DNA of 64,000 bases from the human T2T-CHM13v2.0 reference genome, Homo sapiens. Where the stretch lies: the NCBI RefSeq assembly GCF_009914755.1, contig NC_060928.1. The stretch is one strand, 5' to 3'. A program made the translations under genes and the position numbers. The notes under the pieces were generated by a model. The model was not told the origin of the DNA. It made no database searches and was given only the letters and a program-made list of their open reading frames with translations. Positions 28,261-41,047 of the stretch are shown in pieces. Each line of letters starts with the position of its first letter. Positions within the stretch are counted from its first letter, which is position 1.

Positions 28261-30065
28261 CTATTACCATTTCTCCTGCTGCTGACTAGCTAAATTACCA
28301 TGCACATTGAATAGATAACTTTGTACTCTGCTGAGCATGCTGACAATCCTCTAGAAGTGAAATTCTATTTACAAGAGTTCACCAGGGATTTAATCTGGTT
28401 AACTTCAGGTCATATTTGCATCTAGAGATGTTTGCTTTCCCTACTCCGGATTCACTAGGCAAGCTGAGCTCATTACTGAGCCCTCAGCACCACTAGTCAG
28501 GAGTGGGACAGTCCCAATTGTGAAGGGGCTCCTCTGGATGAAAGGGAAATTACATTCCAATCGTCATCTCTCTTTCCATGTTACCTGTTTCCTGATGTCC
28601 ACTCAACAGGCCAAATAAACATGACTGAAGTAGTAAACCTTAAAGAAGAGGTAACTTCAAAAATAGGTGAGAAATGAAGCATTTATTTGTTCTGTGTTAG
28701 TGAATGTGTATCTGATCAGCCCCAGAACGTGGGCTGTGAGAGATGGGTATGGAAGTAGCAGCACAATTTACTGCATTAAACAGACTGCTTTCCAAACTCT
28801 GCAATGGACAATTTAGTCTAAACCACCGTGTGAAGTGTGGATAATAGAAACAGGAAACCTGGGCCTTCCAGTGGAACTAATCTTTGTGAAATAGTCATAG
28901 CCTTATGAAACCATAAAAAGCAAAGCCGCTTCACCATATTATTTATTCCATACTAGCATCATCTGGATAAAAGAAAAGAGTGAAGAGGGAAAGAGAGAAA
29001 CAAGCACATTATAGCTATCTAGGTCAAAATTTTAAACAACCTTTTGGTTTAAATGTGTGTGTGTGCTCTTTGCAAAGCTTCACTCAGAAGCCTTACTATC
29101 TTTGGGCTCTCCTTGCCACTTAACTATAACGTCACAAATATTGTTTGGCTGTTAGGCCATTTTTGCACAAATTATATAAAAATTTATGTTTTGATGTTTA
29201 AAATAGTTTTTGGTATTTCTTACACTGTATAATATCCTTAAAATCAAGAATTATAACCAATATTTTCAATGAGAGTGGAAAATAATTTTGACCAGAAAAG
29301 TGGTCACTTGCAGTCATGGATAGAGTGGATAGAGTGTGCTAAATCTAATGTATGTCCACATTTGTTTTACTATTAGTGTCAGGATTTTTCCAGGATAGTT
29401 CTTTTCTCAAATATTTCTTATTCAAGTCTAAACAATAATGTGATCTTATGCAATGTAAGCATCACAAAGACAAGAATGCTCTATCCCCATTAGAGTACAT
29501 GGCACAAATCTAATGTATAGTAAATTTGAGGAAATGATAGAAATGTAACTCAAAATAAAATGAAATCTAATACAGCATATTCTTTCACTTCTTCTCAGGC
29601 CTCAAAATAAATCTTTCACTGCTAAAGGGTTAAACCAGGACTGTGTTATTCCCAGTCACTAATTAAAACCAAGTGGCAGAAACAGTACAGTGGTTTTACC
29701 CATTTATTATGAACCCACTTAAAATTCAATTAAATGGAAACAGGAAAATACTGCGGTAGAGACCACAGATTCTCAGTGTGACCTTTTCAACTCACCTGGC
29801 TTTCATTGTAATATTACTAGGCCTAACTCTGGGCAAAAACACATTAATTGAATATGACTTATTCCAAGACTCGGTCAACTTAAGCACAGAATACTCAATT
29901 TCTCTAGTATTGGTTTGATTCTTTTTCCTCTCCTGGATCATGGGTATAAGAGGAAATTAAGAAATATCTGATTGCAAACATTGGTGATTTACCCCAGTGA
30001 AGGATTAGGACAATTCAAACTGCAAATTTGGCCTTTGATTTCAGTGTGGAAATGACGGAGGCAGC

Positions 30066-30345
30066 AACATTCAAGGTTATCACAGGGCCCTTTCATCTCC
30101 AGCATTTGCCTTGCTATTTGTCAGCTTTTTTGCACTCTCAGTATCTGTCTACAACAAGACTTTCTAAAACCAGGCTGGCCTTGTGGACTGAATTTTTCAG
30201 AGCTTTCATAGAAGTCCCTTCCCTATGAACTCCCAAGCAACTACTTTAGGGAGACTGAAAATGTAACTTGGACCTTACCTGAATGGCATTATCTTACTTT
30301 TTTCTCAGTCCCTAAAAGCAGTCTGCAGGAATTTAGGCAATATTG
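30066..30345. repeat. Diverged direct duplication, copy 1 (partner 32347-32634)
   Basis: Collinear similarity from 'agggccctttcatctc' to 'caggaatt'. A 30-nt block is identical at 30256-30285 and 32545-32574. Confidence 0.9.
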
Positions 30346-32089
30346 TCTGGGGGTGCTGGCCCCTCTACCCCTCTACAGACAGTCATGCCAAGTGACCTCC
30401 CTGAATCAACATAAGGAATGACCTAAACACTGGCTTTATGCATCCCTACATTTTCATGGGCAGCAAGGTGGCGGAAATGAGTAATGTAGCAATTGAATGG
30501 GCAGATAATTTTTTCGGCCATCTGTTGTGCATATGTCTAGCGGATCATCACTGTCTTGGACCTTGCAGTTTTATACAGATGGTATTCTCCAGAGACAGAA
30601 AGGGTCTAAAATGAGTCAGTGCAAAGATCAGTCTTAATATGAGAGATGATAGATAATTGCCTGTCTCACCATGTTTAAAAAATCAATTCTCTTGTAATCA
30701 ACCACTTTGAGCATGCAGTTTGGGGGTTTCCAGTTAACTTGGACTTGCTTCTATGTGACTCTTATCTTATGCCACATCAAGTTTAAGGACAAAAATAAGG
30801 AGACTGTTGTTTAAGACTTCAATTTTGTTAAAAATGTTCACGAAGATTATTCATTGTCTTTGCAGTAAGAGTTTAACTTTTATCTTTTTTTGTTCATTCA
30901 ATAAGTGATGTTTTCAGTAGTTTAACAAATATATATCCCACATTCTTAGCCCTGCTAAGAAAAAAGATATGCACTCATCACAGAAAAATGTACTGCAAAT
31001 GAGACCCAGAACTGGCTTCTTCTTCAAGGTGCCAGGATATCTGACTTCCTGACTTTCATCATGAACTTGGCTCTCTCAGATAAAATGAAGATAAAATACA
31101 TTTATCAAAGAACCCAGGTACAGAAAAGGCTCTACTGAAGTGGGAGTGAAAATTGATGAGTGAACGCTTACTACAGAGAGATACCCCAGACCTCAAAAGA
31201 GTGTGTCTTCTGGGAGAAAAAAATAAATAGGCATATTTTAGGGGATAAATCCCTAATTCCACAGGATTTTCAGAAAAGGATCCAGGGAAGTACCAGGAGC
31301 CATAATAGTCCAGTACTCTGTCCCTATTTCTTCTTGAGAGAAAGCTGTATACGTTCAGAAGAATACGAAAACTTAGAATAGCACTGCATGTTTGTAGAAT
31401 GACAGAATTAAGAACCAGAAAAAATAAAAATATTGAAACCACCAACAATGACTTTTGGATGAAGGTAGGTTTTGAGCCAGATTCGAAAGGTTCCTAAGTG
31501 CATCCGTTGGCAGCATGGAGTGGGCAGAGAGAGAAACAGACCAGGAGATGCTTTCCACAGCCATCTGGGCTTCTCCCTCTTCACATCCATCACACTTTAT
31601 TGAAGTTGTTAAAAATCTGGCTACCTGCAAAACCATAAACTCTATGAGGACAGATACAATGATGAAGTTATTTGCTTTGATAATACTAGCCGAACACCTT
31701 AATGTTTGCTGACTAAATAGGGGTACAAATATTTACTTTGCTATAAAAGTCCTCTGCACACTAAGCATGTAATGGAATTTCATGGTTGGCTATCTGCTCT
31801 CTTTGCCATATTTAAGTTGCCTCCTCCACCATCACCAAACCAATCCCTGGCTCTGAGTCTCTAAGTCTCTAATTCCAAATGATTTGGCCCGTAGATCTGA
31901 GGCTGAAACATCTTACCCAGTGATTACTGATCACCTTTGTCTACTAAACTACTCAGCTTAGCACTTAAAATATTTCATTCATTATTCCTTCCTTACCTAA
32001 ACCACCCACATATTTCTCTTTCCAAAATAATCCTTATGTTTCCATTTTATTCCTGCTTTCTAAATAAAAATTTGATGATGACGATGATG

Positions 32090-32315
32090 GCCAGGGACAT
32101 TTCTAAGCACTTTATAGATACTGTCTTGTTTAATCCTCACAACAGTGCTATGGAAAAGGTGGTGTTACTATCTTCAGGTTAAGATGAGGAAACTGAGACA
32201 GAGAAGGCTTAATTAATATGTCCGGTCAAGCTGCTAGGAAGAAGTGGGCACCACTTGAATTTGAACCCAAGCATCCTGGCTCCAAAGATCATGCTCTTCA
32301 ATACTATGGTATGCC
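32090..32315 (-). mobile_element. MIR SINE
   Basis: 'tttaatcctcacaacag...agatgaggaaactgagacaga...atttgaacccaagcatcctggctccaaag'. Confidence 0.8.
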
Positions 32316-32346
32316 TTTCTCCAAGGCACCTGAATGAGTGTTGACT

Positions 32347-32634
32347 AACTTTGAGGTCATCATGAAAGGGCCCTTTCATCTCTAGTATTTGCTTTTGCTA
32401 TTTGTCAGCCTTTGATGCTCCCTTGATATCTGTCTAGAAGAAGACTTTCCAACACAGCCTGGCCCAGAATTTGGACTGAATTTTCCAGAGCTTTGACTGT
32501 GGTCCATTCTTAATGAGCTCCCAAGCAACTACCTCAAGGGAGAATGAAAATGTAACTTGGACCTTACCTGAATGACATTATTTTACTTATTTCTCACTCC
32601 CCAAAAGCAATCTGTCAGGAATTCAGAAAATTGT
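32347..32634. repeat. Diverged direct duplication, copy 2 (partner 30066-30345)
   Basis: Same alignment as copy 1; offset about 2.29 kb. Confidence 0.9.
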
Positions 32635-34439
32635 GCCAATTGCCAAGAGGGATGCTAAGATTGGACGGAAATAGACCTTGAAATTAAGACGCTTACTACG
32701 CGGAGAAAAGACTTGAATATAATGAGCAAAACACACTGCAGAAGTTGATGGATAACTTTTAACATAAGAAGGATCAGAACCAAGACTATCTCCTAGAATC
32801 CTTGGAGGCTTTCCCACTCACATAAAAAAATAGGGACTGAAATTTGGCAAAGGATTGTAATCTATCTACTGTGTGACCTGCCCAACCCCTAAACTTCTTT
32901 CAAGGCTACTTAAAGAGTTTCTCTTCTAAAAAGTTACCAGTTACCAATCCTATGCCCACTATAGTTTGTATCTTATTCTGAATTTCCTGAGTATTCATGG
33001 CTTGAGACTGACCCACCCAATTACAAACATAATCAAATATTAGCTTATAATTATATTTTAGATGGTTAAAGCATAAGTTCTATCATCCTAAGAAAAATCT
33101 TAAACACTACAGAAACAACTACCATAAAACTATCTCAAAGTTCTTGAAATTCTCACTACAGTGCAGAGCAGGCATCGGTATTCAATAAACAATAAATGAC
33201 TGAACAACAAATAAGTGAATAAAGGAGCATTTCTGCTTTGATTTTTACATAATGACCTGGAGCTTAAGAGGAAAGTGAGAGAGAGAACTTAGAATAGAAG
33301 GCATGTTGGCTTCTGATTTTATTAAAATGTTTCATCAGATAGAAGATGTGGTTCTCCCAAAATAAAGACCAGGAGCACAGGAAAACAGCACTGTGTCTTG
33401 GCAAGAGAAAAAAAAAAATAACACCCTTCCCAACCCAACACACAATGCCCCTACATGCTCATGTATTTGGAGGTAATAGTCAATTTACTGGCACACAATG
33501 CAAGTCCTTTCTGGAAATGATTACTCTCAAAGATCCACTTTTAGTCCAATGTGTTACAAAATGAGAGGGAGGCCATCCAATTCTTACTTTCCCTTTGTGA
33601 TGAACTGTTAAAAAGTGATACAAGAGGATAAAAGATGAGATGGGAAGGGAAAGAGACAGAAGAGTAGGCTGTAGGAGACCAAATAAAAAGTTCAAAGTGG
33701 CAAGCACTGCAAAGTAACACTTCATCATTCCCAATTTTACTCCTGGTTGTCTATCTGGAGTGTTGTCATTACCTATGAGAGACCAGCTCCAAAAAGTTCA
33801 GTGTGTTCCTGTAAAATCTTTGGACCTAGACTCAAGTTCAAGAATGCACAAATGATGCCTCCAAGCATTATGATATGCTTGCAAAGTTCTACTGACCTAT
33901 CCTGATGAAAATATCAACTGACCTTGAAAGTTTACCAGGTCTCAGTGAGCAGGTCTGGGGAGTTAAGAAGAAAGACACCATAGTGCAAAAGAATGTGGAG
34001 TATGCAAAGGGCAGAAGCTGACGGCTTATGAACTGCACATTATTTGAGGTGGCTCTTTCTAAAAAGAATTCTAGGACATCCCTATCCACTGTTGCCATTA
34101 TCCACTTAATTATGTAGAGTCACCATAAAAATTTAAGTATTTTGTGGAGAATGGGCACCTCTCCATCTGTGAATGCTACCAAAGGTAGAGCCATTAGTTC
34201 AGCAAGTAAGCCCAGCCTACTCACTCTGAGACTTCATTATTATTGGTATTGCTGCAGGACCCATCTCCTGGAACTTTCCACTTTCTCCTGGGTTTATTTG
34301 CTTCACTTCACCCTTCAAAATTCCCAGGAACATTTGTGTCGTATGAACTCCCAGTCAGTTTATAGATTATCTTTCCCTTGACCTGGTACCTAAACCCCAG
34401 GCTTTTATATTTAATCAGCTATTGAATATTAATTTTGTT

Positions 34440-35170
34440 TTTTGTTAGAGATCTTAAACATAAGATGACCAAAATGTAAATCTTGATTTCAGCTCACTCC
34501 TGGAAACCCATTTCTTCTCCATTGTCTACGTCTCAGTAAATGGCAGAAACACTCACCAAATTGATAAAGGCTAAAACCTATGAGCCATTTTTAATTTCTC
34601 TTGTTCTTACCTCTCACATTCCATCTGCTAGTTCTGTGACTATACCTGTTAATACTGTATATCCTAACTTTTCCTTCTTTTCTCTATCCACACTACTACA
34701 GTCTTAGTCCAGCCACTATCATCTCTCACTTTCATGATGACAAAAACTTATTAACTCATCTTTCAGCTAATATCATGTTGAAAAGCCAATCAGACTTATT
34801 AGCTTGGTGGTCAAAATAAAACCAAAGTAAATTATTATATTTACTTGTAAAATAATTGTATATATAATAATACAATCAGCCTCCAGGTATAGGAAACAAT
34901 GATTATGTAAAGGCAACTGTAATACTCTATATTTTATTAAATTTTACAATGATTTCATTATCCAAGTGAGACTTTAACTTGTTACTGGTTAACATTGAAT
35001 GTGTATCATGCCAACTCCCAAGTAACCACCATGATCTACCACCTAAGCAACTGCAAATAGCCTCCTAACTGGTCTCCAAATTTCTGTTTTTGCTCCACTG
35101 AACTCCATTATCCACAAAGCTATTAGAGTGAAGTTTTTAAGGAGCAGATCAGTATTTATGAGTCTTGCAT
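34440..35170 (+). mobile_element. Fragmented L2
   Basis: 'tctcagtaaatggca', 'ttagtccagccactatcatctctcac', 'ctgcaaatagcctcctaactggtctcc'. Confidence 0.55.
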
Positions 35171-35225
35171 TTAAAATCCAGTGTGGCAGATATCTCCTTA
35201 TTCTCTGTTTTCTTTAAAATAATGA

Positions 35226-35541
<316 letters not shown>

Positions 35542-36384
35542 TCCTCCAGCAAGTTTTAAGAGTACGTGACTGCCTCTTTTGTTCTAATGAGGTAAAGCCA
35601 CACAACTAAGTTTGGGCTATGGATATGAGCAGAACTTATATGTGTGCAACTTCCAAGTGATCTCTAAATGCAAAGCCACTAATTCCAAACTCCCTTTTTC
35701 CTCCCTTCTATGGGGTGAAATACAGATATGATGGTGATGAACAAGAAGAGATCTTGCTTGTCTTATTCTCATCTGAAAAATAATGACACTTAGTAATCAC
35801 TCAAGTATTTTTTAAGTGAATGAAAGATGGAGGAACAGTGTAAGATAACCTACACATCCTCTTGGTACAAAGAGCTATTAGATGTCTGATAGTAAACAAT
35901 ATAGTATGTCTACTAGGAAGCATTCTGCAAAAATTATGAAAAAGAGAAAAGGCAATCTATTCCAACTTAATAACAAAAGGTCATAACTGATCTTCTAGTA
36001 ATTATTAAACACATAAAAATCAATAGCCAGAAACTTTAAGTCAATGATCCATGCCTAGATGTGACACAAAAGTATGATCTTGTGTCCAAGGTCAAGAATA
36101 AAGGACAATTGAATCAAGGATGCTTAGTCAAATGAGAATCCATATTTATAACTCAACAAAATCAAAGAGAGAGGAAAGATCAAAATAATTTAACATATTT
36201 GTAGGGCATTAATGAGCTCAAGTACATTGCCTAGAGTAACAAAGAAGAAAGACTATTTTATTTTGTCTTAATCTTTTAAGAAAAGAGGGAATGTATTGTC
36301 TTACCTAGTTGCACTGTTAGAAGATTGTCAGAATTCAGGCAAAAGTGGGCCCAAAAGTTAAAATGATGTCATCAGGTTTTCTGT

Positions 36385-37030
36385 TTTATTATTTTTTTTT
36401 ATTTTGCACTAAATTTAGAATTATAGAAAATGTATCAAGACTTGTAAAAGAGTCCTGTATACCACTCATGAAGCTTCCCCTTTTGTTAACATTTTACATA
36501 AACATAGGACAATTATCAAAACTGGGAAATTAACACTGATATAATTCTATTAACTGAACTAGAGACCTTATTCTACTTTCACCAGTTTGTTCACTAATGT
36601 TCTTTTTTTTCATTTCAGGATTCCACCAGGATCCTACCTTGTATTTTGTTGTAATACCCCTCAGTCTCCTCTGATCCATAACAGCTCCTCAATTTTTCTA
36701 TCTTTCTTGATATAGATACTTTGCAGATTACTGATTAGTTATTTTGTAGAATGTCTCTCGGTTTGGGTTTCTCTGGTTTTTGTGTCAACATTAGAAGGAA
36801 GTTCTGCATTGCTGGCAATAATACCACAGAAATGATGTCATTTCTTTCTCAAGGAATCTTATCAAGGGGTTAATGGTACATATATGTCTCATTACACTTG
36901 ACTAATGTGGTATATGCTGGCTTTCTCCACTGTAAATTTATTATTTTTCCCTATATAGATAAAACTTTGAAGGAGATCATTTAAGACTATGCAAATTCCT
37001 TTTTCTCCCCCAAACTTCTGCCCACTAATT
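36385..37030 (-). mobile_element. Old L1 (L1MC-type) 3'UTR fragment
   Basis: 'tatcaaaactgggaaattaacactgatataattctattaact...attttgtagaatgtctctc...tttctccactgtaaa'. Confidence 0.65.
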
Positions 37031-37470
37031 TTAGTGAGATAGAGAATTTTAAGTAGAAAAAAGTCCTGTTTTAGTAGTGCTACAAGAAAAATTCTAATCT
37101 GAAGTTGCTTGAAAAAATGTTTTAAGAAATTCATAGGTATTCTAAAATATCATTTAAAAATTATAGCAGTGTTTAACTATTGCATTTGCTTTAAAGGCTT
37201 TCTACTAAGGGTCCTTATACTTTTCAAGGTCATGGAGCCTCTTGAGAATCTGGTGAAAGACAAAAGTTCATTCTTCCTAGAAAAATGCAAATTGCATATG
37301 TTGAGAATTTAGGGACTTCATCAACCACCAAAGCTCATCCTTGGATTCCTGAAGTGTCTCCAGGCAAAGCACCCCTTTATTAATAACAAAGAATATCTGT
37401 AAGTCAATTTGCTTTTCATAGGTCTATCTATATGCCCATCATTGATGATGTTCTTTCCTTAGTTTGTTAT

Positions 37471-37575
37471 GGAAGGAAGGAAGGAAGGAAGGAAAGAAGG
37501 AAGGAAGGAAGGAAAGAAGGGAGAGTGGGGAAGGAGGGAGGGAGGGAAGGTAGAAGTAAGGAAAGAGAAGGAAAA
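37471..37575. repeat. (GGAA)n / purine-rich simple repeat
   Basis: ggaaggaaggaaggaaggaaggaaagaaggaagg... Confidence 0.95.
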
Positions 37576-39597
37576 AGTCATATTATCCCATGTCCCCATT
37601 ACTTCTCTTACCCAGAATAGAAAAATGTATTGGACCAAAGTTGGCCAATTCCACTTAATTTTTTTTCCTAGACTGCTTTTCAAATTGGATCTTGAGTGTA
37701 CTAAAAACTATTCATTTTGCCCCATTCAGCTTTCTTTCCATCCAGCTAATTCCCCCAGTAAGCACGTTGTTCCCCAAAAGCCTTCAGGTTTCTTTTAAAT
37801 CTATGTTCACAGAACTTGTGCATAAGAACAAGAATTGTATTCTTCTAATTAAAAAGTAGAAAATAACTAGGATGTTTCGACAACTGCTTTTAAAAATAAA
37901 TTCTTACCAGGATCCTCAGGTCTCTGTGACCACTTCCCACATATTTTATTAAAAGCCTAAAAACAGAAAGAATTGCTAGCATTTGAGGGGTTTTTTTGTT
38001 TCTCTGAAACAGTTTATCTTCTGAAGCAACTGACCCCATCTCATGAAATGTTTGCAGCAAATATGTACTATGTTTAGTTAGTGTTGTGAAATTTCTGTTT
38101 TTGCAATATGTTGGGATGCTGAGTGTTAGTCAAATGGATTTTATTTGGAAATTAAAAGCAAATTTCATAGGCTACTTGCTTTGCAGCTGAAGAATCTGGG
38201 TCAGTCAGTCAGAAAAACATGAGCTTTTTTTCCCATGGCTTTGAGGTAAGCACTGTGGGTTTCCTAGAAGGATTCTGCCCCTACCACCTAAGAGAGTTCT
38301 GGGTGTTTGTTACAACCATGTCTTTATCCTAAGGGGTCTTGGGCTTAACCATTGTTCTAGAAAATCTTGAGGCAAATCTACTACTTTAATCTTTTAAATA
38401 GTATAATTTGGAAAGACTCTTTCAAGCAAATCTAATTCAAATGAGTCCATCTGCTAAGCCCAAAATATGAGTTTTTCATAAAATGCAGATGCAATAACAG
38501 ACTCAAAGCATAAGAGACTTTTATACAACCCATTAAGCAATAGTCAACCCCTTCCTTTTGTAAAAAGAGAAATGAAATGTATCATCTTCTAACCAATACA
38601 ATAAGTCCTACTAGTTTAAGCTTTGATGTTACCATATGAAGCATTCTTTCTCTATTATGTTCAAAATCGTGGAGAACATTCTGATAATAAGACCTATCTT
38701 TATGACCTAATTGATTTCCTGTGTTAATGCTAAGGAAATAATGAAGGAAACTTTTGAAGTTTAAGCTCCCCATTAATCCATGGGACATTTTAATTCATTG
38801 AATTTCTTTATAAGAAACACAAAAACAAATCTTCTCCAAGAAATGTAGCAAAGCAATGTCCTTAAAAGGAAAGTCTAACATCTGATTTAGTGATAGGAGT
38901 TTGGACATGCACAGCTAGATGATGTAGTACCTATTTCTCTACTCAGTAATTACGCTAACTATTCTATTAATTTAAATTACTTGATAGTTATGGGCACATG
39001 AACTACACATACCTTCAGCCACTTGCTTTCTGAGTTGGTTTTTCAGTGTCCTGAGGAAATTATTACTCTTGAGAAAAAAGAAGAAAATAAAATCTAGGCT
39101 CCAATATCACCCCCATTTCAAAGTCACATAGATTTGTTTTGACTCACACTTAGCATCTTACTTTTCAAATTAAACAACTATTTATTTTCATCATGAGAGA
39201 TGAAAATTTTTAAAATTAGAAAAGTTTCAGATAATAGATGAAAGCACATGTGATTCCCAGCACTAGCACTAAGGGCAGAGCACCTGCTGTAATTCTGTAC
39301 TGAAGACTACAATTCTGAGATGGTTTAGCAGCATCATTTTTTTTTTTTGTTTTTTGGGGTTTTTACTTTTGTCTTTAAAATGATATCAGACAACATATCA
39401 CATGCCTGAGTTTAGAGCTGGGTTTTAGGAGATTCTGCTCTCAAAGCAGAACAAAAGAAAAAACTATTAAATTGCAATGAACTTTTGGCTCTGTGGTCTA
39501 GTTTAATCGGGATTGGAAAGAGAATTTAAAATGGTGTGTTTCTATTCGTCAGCAGCAAGCCATTAAAACTATATTTAAAGAGAAAACACAATGAATC

Positions 39598-40560
39598 TTC
39601 TATATTAATCTTATATGCAGTTACCTTGCTAAATTCCCTTGTTGTGTCTAATAATGTGAAGGTTTACTCTTTGGGTTTTCTATAGAAATCACATAATCTA
39701 CAAATAATCTGTAGATAATCACAATTTTGTTTCTTCCTTTCCAATCCTTATATCTCTGATTGCCTCATTATACCGTATAGGACTTCATGTACAATTATGA
39801 ACAAAAGTGGTAATAAGTTTTTTCCTTGTGCCATTCCTGATTTCAAAGAGAATGCTTCCAATGTTTGCTCATTTAAGATAATGTTAACTTTTGGATTATT
39901 TTATAGATGCTTTTAGTCAGGTTAAGAACTATCCTTTCTCATTTCTAATTGAAGAAGAGTTTTTAAAATCATAAGTGGGTTTTAAGTTTGATGAAAGACT
40001 TATCTATTGAAATGATCTTTTGGTTATCTGTATTATTCTGTAAATATGGTAAGGTACATTTATGGATTTTCTAATAATAAACCATCCTTGTATACCTGGA
40101 ATACATTCCATTTGGTTGTGATATATTGTCTTTCATATACTCTTTTGGGTTTGATTCATTAATATTTTGTTAGCTGTTTTACATCTAAATTAATGAGTTA
40201 AAATAACCTGTAATCTTCATGTCTCATAATTTATTTGTTCTGATGTCAAAGTATACTTGCCTTACAGAATAGGTTGTGTGGTATTCCCTCTTTTTCTTTT
40301 GTCTGAAAGTGTTTGTATAAAATTGAGATTATCTCTTTCTAGAAAGCTTGGTAGAACTCAACTATAAGACAGTCTTGACTTAGTATTTCCTCAGCAGGAA
40401 GATTTTAACCACTGCGTTGAATTTTAAGATAGTTATAGGATGATTCAAGATTTTAAAATTTCTTTTTATGTTCTTGTAAGTTACATTTTTCTAGCCATTT
40501 GTCCATTTCTCCAAAGTTTTCAAAAACGTCGGTTTTTGGTGTTGATGGCATTGTTTTATT
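39598..40560 (-). mobile_element. Old L1M ORF2 fragment (cargo of the retrocopy)
   Basis: 'ttcttcctttccaatcc', 'ttcctgatttcaaagagaatgcttcc', 'aaccatccttgtatacctggaata', 'tttgtccatttctccaaagttttcaaa'. Confidence 0.75.
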
Positions 40561-40564
40561 ATCT

Positions 40565-41047
40565 TTTTATAAATTTATTTATTATTATTATACTTTAGGT
40601 TTTGGGGTACATGTGCACAATGTGCAGGTTAGTTGCATATGTGTGCATGTGCCATGCTGGTGCGCTGCACCCACTGACTCGTCATCTAGCATTGGGTATA
40701 TCTCCCAATGCTATCCCTCCCCTCTCCCCCCACCCCACAACAGTCCCCAGAGTGTGATGTTCCCCTTCCTGTGTCCATGTGTTCTCATTGTTCAATTCCC
40801 ACCTATGAGTGAGAATATGCGGTGTTTGGTTTTTTGTTCTTGCGATAGTTTACTGAGAATGATGATTTCCAATTTCATCCATGTCCCTACAAAGGACATG
40901 AACTCATCATTTTTGATGGCTGCATAGTATTCCATGGTGTATATGTGCCACATTTTCTTAATCCAGTCTATCAATGTTGGACATTTGGGTTGGTTCCAAG
41001 TCTTTGCTATTGTGAATAATGCCACAATAAACATACGTGTGCATGTG
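40565..41047 (-). mobile_element. Young L1PA (PA2/PA3-like) 3' end (cargo of the retrocopy)
   Basis: Near-consensus ORF2 C-terminus (TCTRMFIVALFTIAKTWNQPKCP...KHRIFSLIGGN*), 3'UTR and a T-rich tail at the left. Confidence 0.93.

Noticed and set aside
27934-28285. Overlapping 86-aa and 99-aa ORFs in the CpG-richer segment
   Set aside because: Non-ATG starts and no recognisable homology; locally higher GC explains them.
37471-37575. GGAA microsatellite as an ETS-fusion-responsive enhancer, and the ORFs spanning it
   Set aside because: Only about 6 uninterrupted GGAA units before interruption; the ORFs are low-complexity artefacts.
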